Shown piece after piece: positions 19,059 to 29,530 of a stretch of DNA of 64,000 bases; position 1 is the first letter of the stretch; each line of letters starts with the position of its first letter. Below the pieces are notes generated by a model that was given only the letters and a program-made list of their open reading frames with translations, did not search any database and was not told the DNA's origin. The stretch comes from Actinomycetota bacterium (GTDB taxonomy: Bacteria; Actinomycetota; UBA4738; HRBIN12): NCBI GenBank assembly GCA_036257835.1, contig DATAEU010000033.1, forward strand, positions 1,198 to 65,197, in the 5' to 3' direction. The position numbers and the translations under genes are program-made.

Positions 19059-19743
19059 GTGTCGATCCATTTCGACGACGGGAACGCGGACCAGATGAAC
19101 GCGCTCGCGCCGCTGGCCACGCACGGCGTGGTCGCGACCTTCTACATCAACAGCGGATTCATCGGGGACACGACGCACCTGTCCGTCGACGATCTGCACA
19201 CGCTGTTCGACGCGGGCAATGAGATCGCGGGTCACACGATCGATCACGTCAACGTCAAGAAGCTGGAGACCGCCGACGCGCGGATCGAGGTCTGCACCGA
19301 CCGCAACACGCTGCTCGGATGGGGCTTCCCGGTGACGTCCTTTGCGTACCCCGTTCGGGTCGTACGACGCGGGCTCCGAGGAGATCGTGGCGGCGTGCGG
19401 GTACAACAGCGGGCGCGGGGTCTCCGGGGTGGATTCCACGAAGACGTTCGCCGAGACCATCCCGCCGCTCGACCCATACGGCCTCCGGATGACGCCGAGC
19501 ATCAAGCAGGGGACCACGATGGCGACGGTGGAGGGGTGGATCACCGCAGCCGAGCAGCACGGCGGAGGCTGGGTCATGATCCTGATCCACCACCTTTGCG
19601 ACGGGTGCGATGCCTACTCCACCACGGTCGCGGACTTCACCGCCCTGCTGGACTGGCTGCAGCCGCGCGCCGGCATCGGCACCGTGGTGCGGACGACCGA
19701 CGCGGTGATGGGCGGCTCGGTGAAGCCGCCCGTCGCGCCGTAG
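19059..19743 (+). pseudogene. CE4 polysaccharide deacetylase (NodB-like) interrupted by a +1 frameshift near 19346-19350
   Basis: N-terminal frame reads SIHFDDGNADQ...VTSFAYP, then a C4 run shifts frame to the 19342..19743 ORF (FGSYDAGSEEIVAACGYNSGRG...). Intact CE4 enzymes read FAYPFGSYD. Confidence 0.55.
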
Positions 19744-19865
19744 CGCGGCCTCGATCCCGCCCGTCGGCGACCTTCGTCAGACGACGCCGGTCTCGTGACG
19801 AGGAAGCAGCCGTACCGACGCGACTCCGACGTGGCGACGACCGCGAACGCGTCGCAGTGTCGAGC

Positions 19866-20912
19866 CTAGTCGCGCGCCTCGAGGCCGGGCGCCGCCGTCG
19901 CGAGATCGACCGCGCCGGACAGCACCTCCTCTGCCCGGTGGCACGCGACCTCGCGGCCCGGCGCGATCGGGCGCAATGGCGGTGCCTCCGTTCGGCAAAC
20001 GTCGATCGCGACTGGGCAGCGGGTGTGGAACCGGCATGCGGCCGGCGGGTCGGCGGGGTTCGGAAGCGTCCCGTGCAGCACGATGCGCTGACGCCGCGAG
20101 CCGAGGTCGATCTCGGGCACGGCCGAACGGAGCGCGACGGTGTAGGGGTGCGCGGGTTGCGTGAGGAGCGCTCGCGTGGACCCGCGCTCCACGATCTGGC
20201 CGACGTACATCACGGCCGTCTCCTCGCAGAGCTCCTCGACGACGGCGAGGTTGTGCGACACGAGCAGGTACGCGAGTGCGTGCGTCGAGCGCAGCCGCCG
20301 GATCAGCTCGAGCACGCGTGCCTGCACCGTCACGTCGAGCGCGCTGGTCGGCTCGTCGAGGACGAGCATGCGGGGCTCGACGGCCATCGCACGGGCGATC
20401 GCGACCCGTTGGCGCTGCCCGCCCGAGAGCTGATGCGGGTAGCGCCGCGCGTGCGCCGGCTCGAGCCCGACCTCCTCGAGGAGCTCGGCGACGCGCTCGC
20501 GCACCCTCCCGCGCGGGACGATCCCGTGTGTCCTGAGGGCCTCGCCCACGGCGCTGCCGACGCGCGAGCGGGGATCGAGCGTCGAATCCGGATCCTGGAA
20601 CACGATCTGCACCGCGCGCCGATAGGCCTTGAGACCCCCGCCTCGCAGTCGCGACACGTCCTGGCCCTCCAGGAGGATCCGGCCGCAGCGCGCAGGGACG
20701 AGCCGAACGACCGCACGGCCGAGCGTGGTCTTGCCCGATCCGCTCTCGCCCACGATGCCGAGGCCGAACGGCCCCCGCGGCACGGCGAGCGACACGTCGT
20801 CGACCGCGCGGACGGGACCGAACGTCACGGTCAGGTGCTCGACCTCGAGGAGCGCATGACCGGCGTCCGCCGGTCGATCGTCGCGAGCGTCGAGCGCCGC
20901 GTGTTCAGTCAT
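19866..20912 (-). CDS. ABC transporter ATP-binding protein (OppF/DppF-type)
   Basis: Walker A GESGSGKTT, LSGGQRQR and a C-terminal oligopeptide-type extension. ATGA overlap with the upstream gene. Confidence 0.9.
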   Translation of the reverse strand: MTEHAALDARDDRPADAGHALLEVEHLTVTFGPVRAVDDVSLAVPRGPFGLGIVGESGSGKTTLGRAVVRLVPARCGRILLEGQDVSRLRGGGLKAYRRAVQIVFQDPDSTLDPRSRVGSAVGEALRTHGIVPRGRVRERVAELLEEVGLEPAHARRYPHQLSGGQRQRVAIARAMAVEPRMLVLDEPTSALDVTVQARVLELIRRLRSTHALAYLLVSHNLAVVEELCEETAVMYVGQIVERGSTRALLTQPAHPYTVALRSAVPEIDLGSRRQRIVLHGTLPNPADPPAACRFHTRCPVAIDVCRTEAPPLRPIAPGREVACHRAEEVLSGAVDLATAAPGLEARD

Positions 20913-21696
20913 CGGCGACGCCCACCTTCGGAACGGCCGTCACGAGCGCTTTCGTGTACTCGTGCTCGGGGGCACCCAGCACGGCGCTCGCCGGCCCCTG
21001 TTCGACGACGACGCCGCTGCGCATCACCACGATCCGGTCGCAGAGTTCGGAGATCACGGCGAGGTCGTGGCTGATGAAAAGGACGCTCATCCCGGCCTCG
21101 TCCCGGAGCGAGCGGACCAGCTGGAGGATCTCTGCCTGGACGGTGACGTCGAGCGCACTCGTCGGCTCGTCGGCCAGGAGGACCTCGCTGCGCAGGGCCA
21201 GAGCCAGCGCGATCGCAACCCGTTGTGCCTGCCCTCCCGAGAGCTGGTGCGGGTAGCGCTCGAGCAGGTCGGGTGAGAGCAGCACGCGGCGCAGTCCGGC
21301 GGCCGCGCGCTCGCGCGCCTCCGCCTTGGATCGCGCTCCGTGGAGGAGGAGCGCCCGGACGAACACATCGCCGACGCGGAACACCGGATTGAACGACGAC
21401 ACGGGGTTCTGGAAGATCATGGCCATGCGCCGGCCGCGCACGTCCCGCAGCTCTCGGTCGGAGAGCTCGAGCAGGTCGCGGCCCTCGAACGCGATCCGCC
21501 CCCGGACGGTGGCGCCGACGGTGCCTGCGAGGCCGAGGATCGCGAGCGCCGTCATCGACTTGCCCGACCCGCTCTCGCCGGCGACGCCGAGGATCTCGCC
21601 GCTGCCGAGCTCGAGTGCGTCGATCGTCACCACGATGCGCGGTCCGAACGCGATCGACAGGTCGGCGATCGACAGTATCGGCTCGCGCGCGCTCAC
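20905..21696 (-). CDS. ABC transporter ATP-binding protein (OppD/DppD-type)
   Basis: GTG 21696 overlaps the upstream stop (GTGA). GESGSGKS and LSGGQAQR motifs. Confidence 0.85.
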   Translation of the reverse strand: MSAREPILSIADLSIAFGPRIVVTIDALELGSGEILGVAGESGSGKSMTALAILGLAGTVGATVRGRIAFEGRDLLELSDRELRDVRGRRMAMIFQNPVSSFNPVFRVGDVFVRALLLHGARSKAEARERAAAGLRRVLLSPDLLERYPHQLSGGQAQRVAIALALALRSEVLLADEPTSALDVTVQAEILQLVRSLRDEAGMSVLFISHDLAVISELCDRIVVMRSGVVVEQGPASAVLGAPEHEYTKALVTAVPKVGVADD

Positions 21697-22577
21697 CGGT
21701 TCGGCACCCGCCGCGGGTCGAGGACGTCGCGAAGACCGTCGCCAAGCAGGTTGAAGGCGACCGCCGTGAGCAGGATCGCCGCGCCCGGGAACGTCACGAG
21801 CCACCACTGGGTCGTGAAGTACGACTGCCCCTGACTGACCATCAGCCCCCAGTCCGGCGTCGGATCCTGGGCACCGAGCCCGAGGAACGACAGCGCCGAT
21901 GCGGTCAGGATCACGGCCGAGACGTCGAGCGAGACCTGCACGATCAGCGGCGTGATCGAATTCGGCAGGATGTGCTTGAAGAGGATCCGGCGGTGGGGCA
22001 CGCCGAGCGCCTTCGCCGCTTCGACGTACTGGCGTCCGGCGACCGACGCCGCCTGCCCGCGGATCAGCCGCGTATACCAGGGCCACCACGTGAGCGCGAT
22101 CGCGAGCGTCGTGTTGCCGGCCGAGGGCTTGAGCACCGCCGCGAACGCCAGCGCCAGCAGCAGCGCCGGAAAGGCCAGGAAGACGTCCGTGATCCGCATC
22201 AGCACGTCATCGATGACGCCGCCGAAGTAGCCGGCCGCGATCCCGAGCGGGATCCCCACGAGGCACGCGATCACCAGCACGAGGAACGCGATCAGTGGCG
22301 AGACCCGCGCCCCGTAGACGACACGCGAATACACGTCCCTGCCGAGCTGGTCCGTTCCGAACCAATGCTCGCTCGAGGGCGCAAGCAGCGTCTGCGTGGG
22401 GTGCGCGGCAGTGTACGCGTCACCGGGATGGGTCGCGATGGCTGGAGCGAGGATCGCGACGACGACGATCAGCAGCGCGAGTGCGCCGCCGACGGCAATC
22501 AGCGGATTGCGACGGATCGCCAGCCCGGCCTGCGCGAGTGGCCGCGTCCCGCCACGTGCGAATGCGTCCTCGATCAT
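21693..22577 (-). CDS. ABC transporter permease (DppC/OppC-type)
   Basis: Real start MIEDAF at 22577 (ATGA overlap). The ORF sequence upstream of that is spurious. Carries the EAA-like motif. Confidence 0.85.
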   Translation of the reverse strand: MIEDAFARGGTRPLAQAGLAIRRNPLIAVGGALALLIVVVAILAPAIATHPGDAYTAAHPTQTLLAPSSEHWFGTDQLGRDVYSRVVYGARVSPLIAFLVLVIACLVGIPLGIAAGYFGGVIDDVLMRITDVFLAFPALLLALAFAAVLKPSAGNTTLAIALTWWPWYTRLIRGQAASVAGRQYVEAAKALGVPHRRILFKHILPNSITPLIVQVSLDVSAVILTASALSFLGLGAQDPTPDWGLMVSQGQSYFTTQWWLVTFPGAAILLTAVAFNLLGDGLRDVLDPRRVPNR

Positions 22578-23590
22578 CGCAGCCGGATCCGAGGGTCGAG
22601 GTACGCCTGCACCAGGTCGACGGCCAGGTTCAGCACGACGTACACGACGGCGATGAATAGCGTGACGCCGACGATGGCCGGTGTGTCGAGCGCCGAGATC
22701 GCGTTCGCGGCGTAGCTGCCGAGTCCCGGCCAGTCGAAGACCGCCTCGACGAGGAACGTGTTCGCGAGCGAGTACGCGAACACCAGCGCGACGACGGCGA
22801 TGACCGGATTCAGCGACAGCTTCAGCGCGAATCGGCCGAAGACCGACCGCTCCGGGAACCCGAGCGCCCGGACCATGCGGACGTGGTCCTCGCCGACAGT
22901 GTCGAGGACCGACGCGCGCACCATCCGCGTGATCACACCGACGGGATACGAGGCGATCACGAGCGCCGGCAGGATCAGGTGCGCGATCGCGCTCCGGAGC
23001 ACGATCCAGTTGCCGGTGATGAGCGCGTCGACCACGACCATGCGTGTGTACTGCGTGAGCGGGTGCGTGTAGTCGAGGTTCGGGTCGTACTGCCCGGCGA
23101 CGGGTAGCAGGTGCAGGCGCTGGAAGAACAGCAGCTGCAGGATCAGGGCGAGCCAGAACGCCGGCATCGAGACTCCGAGCACCGCCGCGACCCGGATGAT
23201 GCCGTCCGAGGCCCTGCCCGGCCACTTGGCCGAGATCAGCCCGAGCGGGATCCCGACGACGAGCGCGATCAGCATCGCGACCGTCACGAGCTCGATCGAG
23301 GCCGGCGCGCGATCCATGAGGTCCGAGAGCACCGGTTGGTGCGTGTGGATCGACGTGCCCCAGTCGCCCCCCGCCACGCCGGCGAAGTACCTGCCGATCT
23401 GCTCGGGCAGCGGCAGGTCCAGGCCGAGGTCGTGGCGGACGCGCGCGAGCTCGGCGCGCGAGACGTGCGGGCCGGCCCACGACGCGGCCGGGTCGCCGGG
23501 GACCACGCGTGCGATGACGAACGTCAGCACGACGACCCCGGCCACCACGAGGATGGCCAGGGCCACGCGCCTGGCGACGTACTTGGTCAC
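22574..23590 (-). CDS. ABC transporter permease (DppB/OppB-type)
   Basis: GTG 23590 overlaps the SBP stop (GTGA). N-terminus VTKYVARRVALAILVV...LTFV. Confidence 0.85.
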   Translation of the reverse strand: MTKYVARRVALAILVVAGVVVLTFVIARVVPGDPAASWAGPHVSRAELARVRHDLGLDLPLPEQIGRYFAGVAGGDWGTSIHTHQPVLSDLMDRAPASIELVTVAMLIALVVGIPLGLISAKWPGRASDGIIRVAAVLGVSMPAFWLALILQLLFFQRLHLLPVAGQYDPNLDYTHPLTQYTRMVVVDALITGNWIVLRSAIAHLILPALVIASYPVGVITRMVRASVLDTVGEDHVRMVRALGFPERSVFGRFALKLSLNPVIAVVALVFAYSLANTFLVEAVFDWPGLGSYAANAISALDTPAIVGVTLFIAVVYVVLNLAVDLVQAYLDPRIRLR

Positions 23591-25188
23591 CCTGTGGGCT
23601 GCACGTCGTAGCCGAACACGACGTTCGGGTACGCCGGGTTTTCGATGAACCCGCCGACCGAGGACTGCATCGCCTTCTGGTAGACCTGCGTGTACAACGA
23701 GATCGCCGGCATGTCCTGTAGCAGCATCGTCTGCATCTGCTGGTAGTCCCCGACCGCCTGGTCGCGGTTGGTCGCAGCGACCGTCTCCACGTCGTCGATC
23801 ATCTTGTCGAGCTGCGGGTTCGAGTAGTAGCTCAGGTTGAAGAACGGCTTCGGCTCGGTGTGGAACAGGTTGATGAACCACGAGTACGGGTCCGCGTAGT
23901 CCGGCCACCAGTAGAAGAGCAGGATGTCCTGCCGGTCGGCCGGGTTCGACGACTTCGCCATCGACCACTGCGCGGGCCAAGCCAGCCCGCGGACGTCGAC
24001 GTTGATGTTCAGCTTCGCGAGGTCGGCCTTCATGAGCTGACCGACGAGCTGCTCGTCCGCGTCGCCCTGCGTGTACGTCAGCGTCAGATCCATCGGCTTG
24101 CCGCTCGGGCCGTAGCCGGCCTTCTGCAGCAGGTCCTGCGCGTGCTGCACGTCGTACGTCGGGTTCGGGAGGTTGTCCGAGTGGCCCCAGAGGCCCGGCG
24201 GGACGTAGCCCGAGATCTGCTCTGCGCCGCCGTGAAGCGCGGCCATCATCCCCTGGTAGTCGATGGCGCTCGCGACGGCCTGCCGCACGTTGACGTCGGC
24301 GAGCGGGCCCGACGATGTGTTGAGCATCGCCAGCAGCGTCTGCCACGAAGCGTCGTCGGTCGTCGTGAATCCATCCTGGTTCTGAAACGTTTGCCACAGC
24401 TGGGGCGTCATGCGCTCCACGATCGTGGCCTGTCCCGAGCGCAGGAGCTGCGCCGCGGTCGTGGCCTCTGGGGTCACCGAGAAGATGTAGCGCGCGTAAT
24501 GCGAGCCGTTCCAGCCGTCCCAGTAGTCGGGGAAGGCCTTCAGACGGAGCTCGGTCTCCTGGCCCTTGTTCCACTGGTCGAGCTGATACGGGCCGGTCCC
24601 GGCCTCGTGCCCGGCCTCGAACCATTTGGCCAGGTCCTGGTTGCCGGCGGCCTTCGTGTCGAAGATGTACGCCGCGTAGTCCGCGGAGGCGATGAGGTCC
24701 ATCGGCGAGGGGTACTTCAGCGTGAAGACGACCGTATCGGCCGACGGCGCGTCGATCGACTTGACCGGACCCCAGATGTAGGCCGCGCCGCCGTTCAGCT
24801 GCATCGTGCGATCGATCGACGCCTTGACGTCGTCGGCCGTCATCGTCCGGCCGGTGTGGAACCTCACGCCCGAACGGATCGTGAACGTCCACGTCAGCCC
24901 ATCGGCCGAGCTCTCCCATTTCGTTGCGAGCAGTGGGTCCACCTGCTTGGTGTCCGGGTTGTACCGCGTCAGCTGCTCGTACATGTTGTTCATCGCGATG
25001 ATTTCGTTGGAGTAGCCGGTCGACGGATCCCAACCGATCATCACCTGCGAGGTCACGTTGTAGTTCAGCGTGGCGTTCGACGCCGCCGAGCCGCTCGGCG
25101 AGTTCTTCGCCGTGCTCGTGCCGCTGCACGCCGCCGCCACGGCAAGCACCATGACGACCGTGGCGATGCGGGATCCCTTCGCGAACAT
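23587..25188 (-). CDS. ABC transporter substrate-binding lipoprotein, family 5 (peptide/nickel type)
   Basis: ATG 25188 after GAAGGAGGGG. Lipobox VLAVAAAC-SG. SBP_bac_5-like body. Confidence 0.85.
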   Translation of the reverse strand: MFAKGSRIATVVMVLAVAAACSGTSTAKNSPSGSAASNATLNYNVTSQVMIGWDPSTGYSNEIIAMNNMYEQLTRYNPDTKQVDPLLATKWESSADGLTWTFTIRSGVRFHTGRTMTADDVKASIDRTMQLNGGAAYIWGPVKSIDAPSADTVVFTLKYPSPMDLIASADYAAYIFDTKAAGNQDLAKWFEAGHEAGTGPYQLDQWNKGQETELRLKAFPDYWDGWNGSHYARYIFSVTPEATTAAQLLRSGQATIVERMTPQLWQTFQNQDGFTTTDDASWQTLLAMLNTSSGPLADVNVRQAVASAIDYQGMMAALHGGAEQISGYVPPGLWGHSDNLPNPTYDVQHAQDLLQKAGYGPSGKPMDLTLTYTQGDADEQLVGQLMKADLAKLNINVDVRGLAWPAQWSMAKSSNPADRQDILLFYWWPDYADPYSWFINLFHTEPKPFFNLSYYSNPQLDKMIDDVETVAATNRDQAVGDYQQMQTMLLQDMPAISLYTQVYQKAMQSSVGGFIENPAYPNVVFGYDVQPTG

Positions 25189-25214
25189 CCCTGTCCCCTC
25201 CTTCGTCGGGCCGC

Positions 25215-26771
25215 TCATCCTGAGTCGAGCGGCCCCGCGGCCTTCACCCTGATCCGAACCGCCGGATTCGTCAGGTAAGCCAGCGGGATCTCTTCTACCT
25301 CGACGATCTCTACGGAGCTGGGATCGGCTCCGGCTCGAACCGCCCGGTCGGCCGCCTCGGCCGAGGCCTCATCGACCGCGGCCCGGCGGCCACCGGGCCC
25401 GAGATGGAAGATCCGGTCGACCTCACCGGACACCGAGGCGATGGCGGCTCCGATCGCGTTGGCGACGTCGTGGTGGTCGGGCCGGTGGATCTCGCTGATC
25501 CCGGGGAGCGCATCCGGGACGAGGATGCTGCCACCGCCGACGGCGATCAGCGGCCGGTCCTCACGCGACGTCTTCACCAGGTCGATCGCGTCGGCAAGCA
25601 TGGCGTCGGCGCGCTCGAGCGCGGCGGCGAGCAGGGGCCGTCGCGCCGCCGTCCGGCCCGGATCCCCGAGGCTCGCGCGGGCGCCGGCGACCGCAGCGTC
25701 GGTGAGCGTCGGCGTTTCGCCGCCGAACACCAGGGCCTCGTCGGTCAGGCGATAGCCGACGCTCTGCGGTCCCACGCCGACCTCTTCATGATCGCCGGAG
25801 ACTATCGTCCCGCCCCCGAGCGCGATAGTGACGAGATCCGGCATGCGGAAGTTCGTGTCGATCCCGCCGATCGTCACGCCCTGCGCGGACTCGCGCGGGA
25901 AACCCGAGACGAGGACGCCGACGTCCGACGACGTCCCGCCGACGTCGACCACGATCCCGTCGCGCGCGCCGGTGAGATACGCGGCCCCCCGGATGCTGTT
26001 GGCCGGTCCGCTGCCGATCGTGAGGACCGGATAGCGGACCGCGTATTCGAGCGCCATCAACGTCCCGTCGTTCTGCGCGAAGAACGTCCGCGCGCCGATG
26101 CCGTGCGCGCGGAGCGCCTCCTCGAGCGCGTGCGCGACGTCGCGGGCGACGCCCGTCAGCGCGGCGTTCAGGACGGTGGCGTTCTCGCGCTCGAGCAAAC
26201 CGACCGAGCCGATCTCGTGGCTGAGCGAGACGTGCACCTCGCCGAGCTCCCGCTTGACCAGCTCGGCCGCCTCGAGCTCCTGGCGTTCGGACACCGGTGC
26301 GAACACCGACACGACGGCGACCCCGTCGGCGCGGCCGGCGACGGATCCCAGGAAGCGTGCCGCGGCGTCTGCGTCGAACGGTGAGAGATCGCGGCCGTCG
26401 AACTCGATCCCTCCGTCGACGATCGCCTCGCCGACCGAGACGGCGTCGCGGAGATCGGCGGGCCAGCCGGAGAGGGGCGGGACGGCGAAGGTGGCCGGGC
26501 CACCGAGGCGCAGCACGGCGACGCGGCGAAGGCCGCGCCGCTGCAGCACTGCGTTCGTCGCGTGCGTCGTCCCGAGCATCACGTGCGTGATGCGTGCGAC
26601 CTCGACGGAGCCGGCCAGCACACCGTCGATCGCCGACCGGATCCCGGAAGTGACGTCGGCGCTCGTCGGCACCTTCGTCTTCGACACCAGTCCGTCCTCG
26701 CGATCGAGGACGACGGCGTCGGTGTTCGTCCCGCCGACGTCGATGCCCAGCCGAAGGTCAAGCGCCTCCAT
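25215..26771 (-). CDS. Hydantoinase/oxoprolinase-family protein (HyuA-like ATPase fold)
   Basis: N-terminus LRLGIDVGGTNTDAVVL is an ASKHA nucleotide-binding motif, with a second DVGGTSSD motif. 518 aa. Confidence 0.7.
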   Translation of the reverse strand: MEALDLRLGIDVGGTNTDAVVLDREDGLVSKTKVPTSADVTSGIRSAIDGVLAGSVEVARITHVMLGTTHATNAVLQRRGLRRVAVLRLGGPATFAVPPLSGWPADLRDAVSVGEAIVDGGIEFDGRDLSPFDADAAARFLGSVAGRADGVAVVSVFAPVSERQELEAAELVKRELGEVHVSLSHEIGSVGLLERENATVLNAALTGVARDVAHALEEALRAHGIGARTFFAQNDGTLMALEYAVRYPVLTIGSGPANSIRGAAYLTGARDGIVVDVGGTSSDVGVLVSGFPRESAQGVTIGGIDTNFRMPDLVTIALGGGTIVSGDHEEVGVGPQSVGYRLTDEALVFGGETPTLTDAAVAGARASLGDPGRTAARRPLLAAALERADAMLADAIDLVKTSREDRPLIAVGGGSILVPDALPGISEIHRPDHHDVANAIGAAIASVSGEVDRIFHLGPGGRRAAVDEASAEAADRAVRAGADPSSVEIVEVEEIPLAYLTNPAVRIRVKAAGPLDSG

Positions 26772-27852
26772 GGAGTACCTCCACCGGAACGTACTCGAGG
26801 TCGTAGCCGAAGGCGCGCGGCCCGGCGAGCGCGAGCCCCGCTTCGGTTCGCCAGATCGGGTCGCAGGGGAACGCGATCACCGAGACCCGCTGTCCGTACC
26901 GGACGCGTTCGGTCTGGATCGCGGACCCGGCCTCGGTGTCGATCACCGTGATGATGTCCGGCACCATCGCGTGCACGACGTCTCCCTCGATCGCGACGAG
27001 GTTCTCGTTCTGGATCTCGAGCCGAACGGTCCGGCCGGCGTCGTCTCCGAGGCCCTCAACGGTGACCTGCCCACGAACGAACCCGGCCGTGGTCCGCCGT
27101 TCCACGTCGACGACCTTGCCGGCGATGACGACTGCCGCGTCGATGGCTTGCGCGAGCGCGGCGACGGGGTCGTGCTCGGCCTCGGCCAAGACCTGCCCGA
27201 TCCGCACCGCGAGCGACACCGAACCCCGAACGGTTGCGGTCTTCGCCTGCGCGACCGTCATCTGGTACTCCGACGACGAGGCCTGTCCACCGAACTCGAC
27301 GGCGAGCGCGCGCTCCATCCGCTCCATCCAGTGCCCGTCGATCCCGCGGAAGATCACGACGTTGCCGCGCTCGTCCGTCATCACGGCCGGGTTGTGCGAG
27401 ACCCCCGCGACGGCCATCGTGACCTGCGGCACCTCCGGGAACGCGCGGCCCATCCCGTCGGCATCCACCACGGGGAGTCCTGCGACCGCGCCCCACGCGG
27501 CCGGCGCCATCCCGTTCGTGCCGCCGATCTCCGCGGCGAGCAGCGCGACGACGGGTTTGCCCCACAGCTCCTCGACGTAGGGGCGGATCCGAAGCACCTC
27601 GTCGCCGCGGTCGATCTTCTCGATCCCGACGGTCGGGGCGCCGATGCCGCCGCACGGCATCACGAGCTGATCGTCCTCGAGCTCGTCGAGGTCGACGACG
27701 GGCACCGGGCCGTGCTCGCGAACGGCGTTCAGCGCCCACAGCAGGCCAACTTTCGTGTCGCCTCCACCGCCCGCGCCGAGGATCGCACACCCCACCGCAA
27801 GCGCGCGGAGATTGCTCTCGTCGAGCTGCCGCACGCGCTGGATCGTCGTCAT
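26758..27852 (-). CDS. DUF917 family protein
   Basis: ATG 27852 after GAAGGAGAGAGG (ATGA overlap with the HyuB stop). MTTIQRVRQLDESNLRALAVGCAILGAGGGGD is typical of DUF917. Confidence 0.7.
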   Translation of the reverse strand: MTTIQRVRQLDESNLRALAVGCAILGAGGGGDTKVGLLWALNAVREHGPVPVVDLDELEDDQLVMPCGGIGAPTVGIEKIDRGDEVLRIRPYVEELWGKPVVALLAAEIGGTNGMAPAAWGAVAGLPVVDADGMGRAFPEVPQVTMAVAGVSHNPAVMTDERGNVVIFRGIDGHWMERMERALAVEFGGQASSSEYQMTVAQAKTATVRGSVSLAVRIGQVLAEAEHDPVAALAQAIDAAVVIAGKVVDVERRTTAGFVRGQVTVEGLGDDAGRTVRLEIQNENLVAIEGDVVHAMVPDIITVIDTEAGSAIQTERVRYGQRVSVIAFPCDPIWRTEAGLALAGPRAFGYDLEYVPVEVLHGGA

Positions 27853-29530
27853 CGCTGCCTCTCTCCTTCGCCCAGGCCGTACACGTCCCCCGCGTCTCGC
27901 TCGGTGATCAAGCCGTCGGCGAGGTCTTGGCGGACGAGCGCGCGCTCGCGATCGCGCGGATCGCCGTGACCGCCGCCGGTGCCCGTGATGAGCCGGACGA
28001 GGTCGCCGCGCCGGAGCGGATGGCTCGCCGCCTTGCCGAACCGCCGCACGGGCCCCCCGTCGGCCGGCACCACCTCGATCGCGTTGACCGAGCCGGCGGA
28101 ACCGCCGTCGATGCCCCAGGGCGGGAAGCGATGCCGGCCGAACGCGACCGTGAGGACCGCGTCGTCGGACAGGATCCGATACTCGCGCACGAGTCCGCGG
28201 CGCCGCGATGCCGGCCGGCCCCGGCGCCCTCGACCACGTCGAACGCGACCCGTTCGACCAGGACGCCGTAGCGCTGTTCCGCCACCTCGACGGGGATCGT
28301 GTAGGTCTCGCCGTCGCCGACGGAGACCAGCGCGTGCTCCCCGTCCTTGTTCGCGCCGGCGCCCCAGCCGCCGGGCTGCGGCTCGACGAGCAGCGTCGGT
28401 TCGCCCGTGTCGGGATGCCGCAGCGCGATCGACGTCGCACACACCGAGACGAAGCTCCCGGCGGTCAGGCGGTCGGGGAGCGCGGGCGCGAGCGCCTTCC
28501 ACACGAGGTCGGTCGCCGCCTCGGTCGCCTCGAAGTAGGCCGCGACGGGCGCCGGCCGTACGGCGTTGAACACGCTGCCGGTGGGACAGACGATCACGAG
28601 CGGGCGGAACCAAGCGTCGGACGCCGGCTCGGCGGGGTCCGTGATCGCCTTGAAGACCGTGCGGATGCCGGACACGAGGCCGCTCCACGTGCAGTTCACG
28701 GGCCCCCGGACCTGGTCGCTGCTGCCGGAGAGGTCGACCACCATCTGCTCGGCGTCGAGCGTCACCCGGACGCGGATCGGGATCGGCGCGCCGCTGACGC
28801 CGTCGTCGTCGAGATGGTCCTCGGCCTCATACACGCCGTGCGGGAGCCCCGCGAGCGCCGCGCGGGCGAGCGCCTCGCTCCGGACGTGCACCTCGCGCGT
28901 CGCCTCGAGGACCGTCCCGACGCCGTAGCGGTCGCACAGCTCGAGGACGCGCCGCTCGGCGACCTCGAGACACGCCGCCTGCGCCAGGAGGTCGCCCTCG
29001 ACCATGTCCGGGAGCCGGCTGTTCGCGCGCAGGATCGCGACGACGTCACGGTCCGGCGCGCCCGCCCGAACGGCCTTGACGAACGGCAGCTGCAGCCCCT
29101 CCTGGTACACCTCGGTCGAGTCCGCCGTCCACGACCCCGGGTCCTTGCCACCGACCTCGGTCCAGTGTCCCTTCGCGGCCGCGAACGCGATCGGGCGATC
29201 CTCGGCGAAGATCGGCCGCACCAGCGCGACGTCGGACAGGTGCGTGCCGCCGCCGGCGTACGGGTCGTTCGTCGCGACGACGTCGCCGGGGCGAAGGTCG
29301 GGGACGCGCGCGATCGTGTCGCGCGTCGCCTCGCCGAGCGGACCGAGGAAACCGGCGATGCCGTTGCCCTGCGACACGAGCTCGCCGCTCGCGTCGGTGA
29401 TGCCGACCGCGAAGTCGAGCACCTCGTAGATCACGGGGCTTTGCGACGTCCGCTGAAGCGAGACGAACATCTCGTCGGCGACTGCGAGGAACGTCTCGCG
29501 CAACACGTCGAGCGTGAACCGGTCCGTCAC
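27849..29530 (-). pseudogene. hyuB: Hydantoinase B/oxoprolinase (HyuB) with a 1-nt frame disruption near 28197-28212
   Basis: The body reads in frame of ORF 27908..29764 up to ...GAGAGRHRG. The canonical C-terminus (GLVREYRIL...ITGTGGGHGDP) reads in frame of ORF 27849..28688. GTG start 29530 overlaps the hyuA stop. Confidence 0.6.

Noticed and set aside
16941-19577. Upstream part of the 1061-aa minus-strand ORF 16392..19577
   Set aside because: Only the last 183 codons (16392-16940) have an RBS and a coherent protein. The remainder is antisense to the GH9 and CE4 genes.
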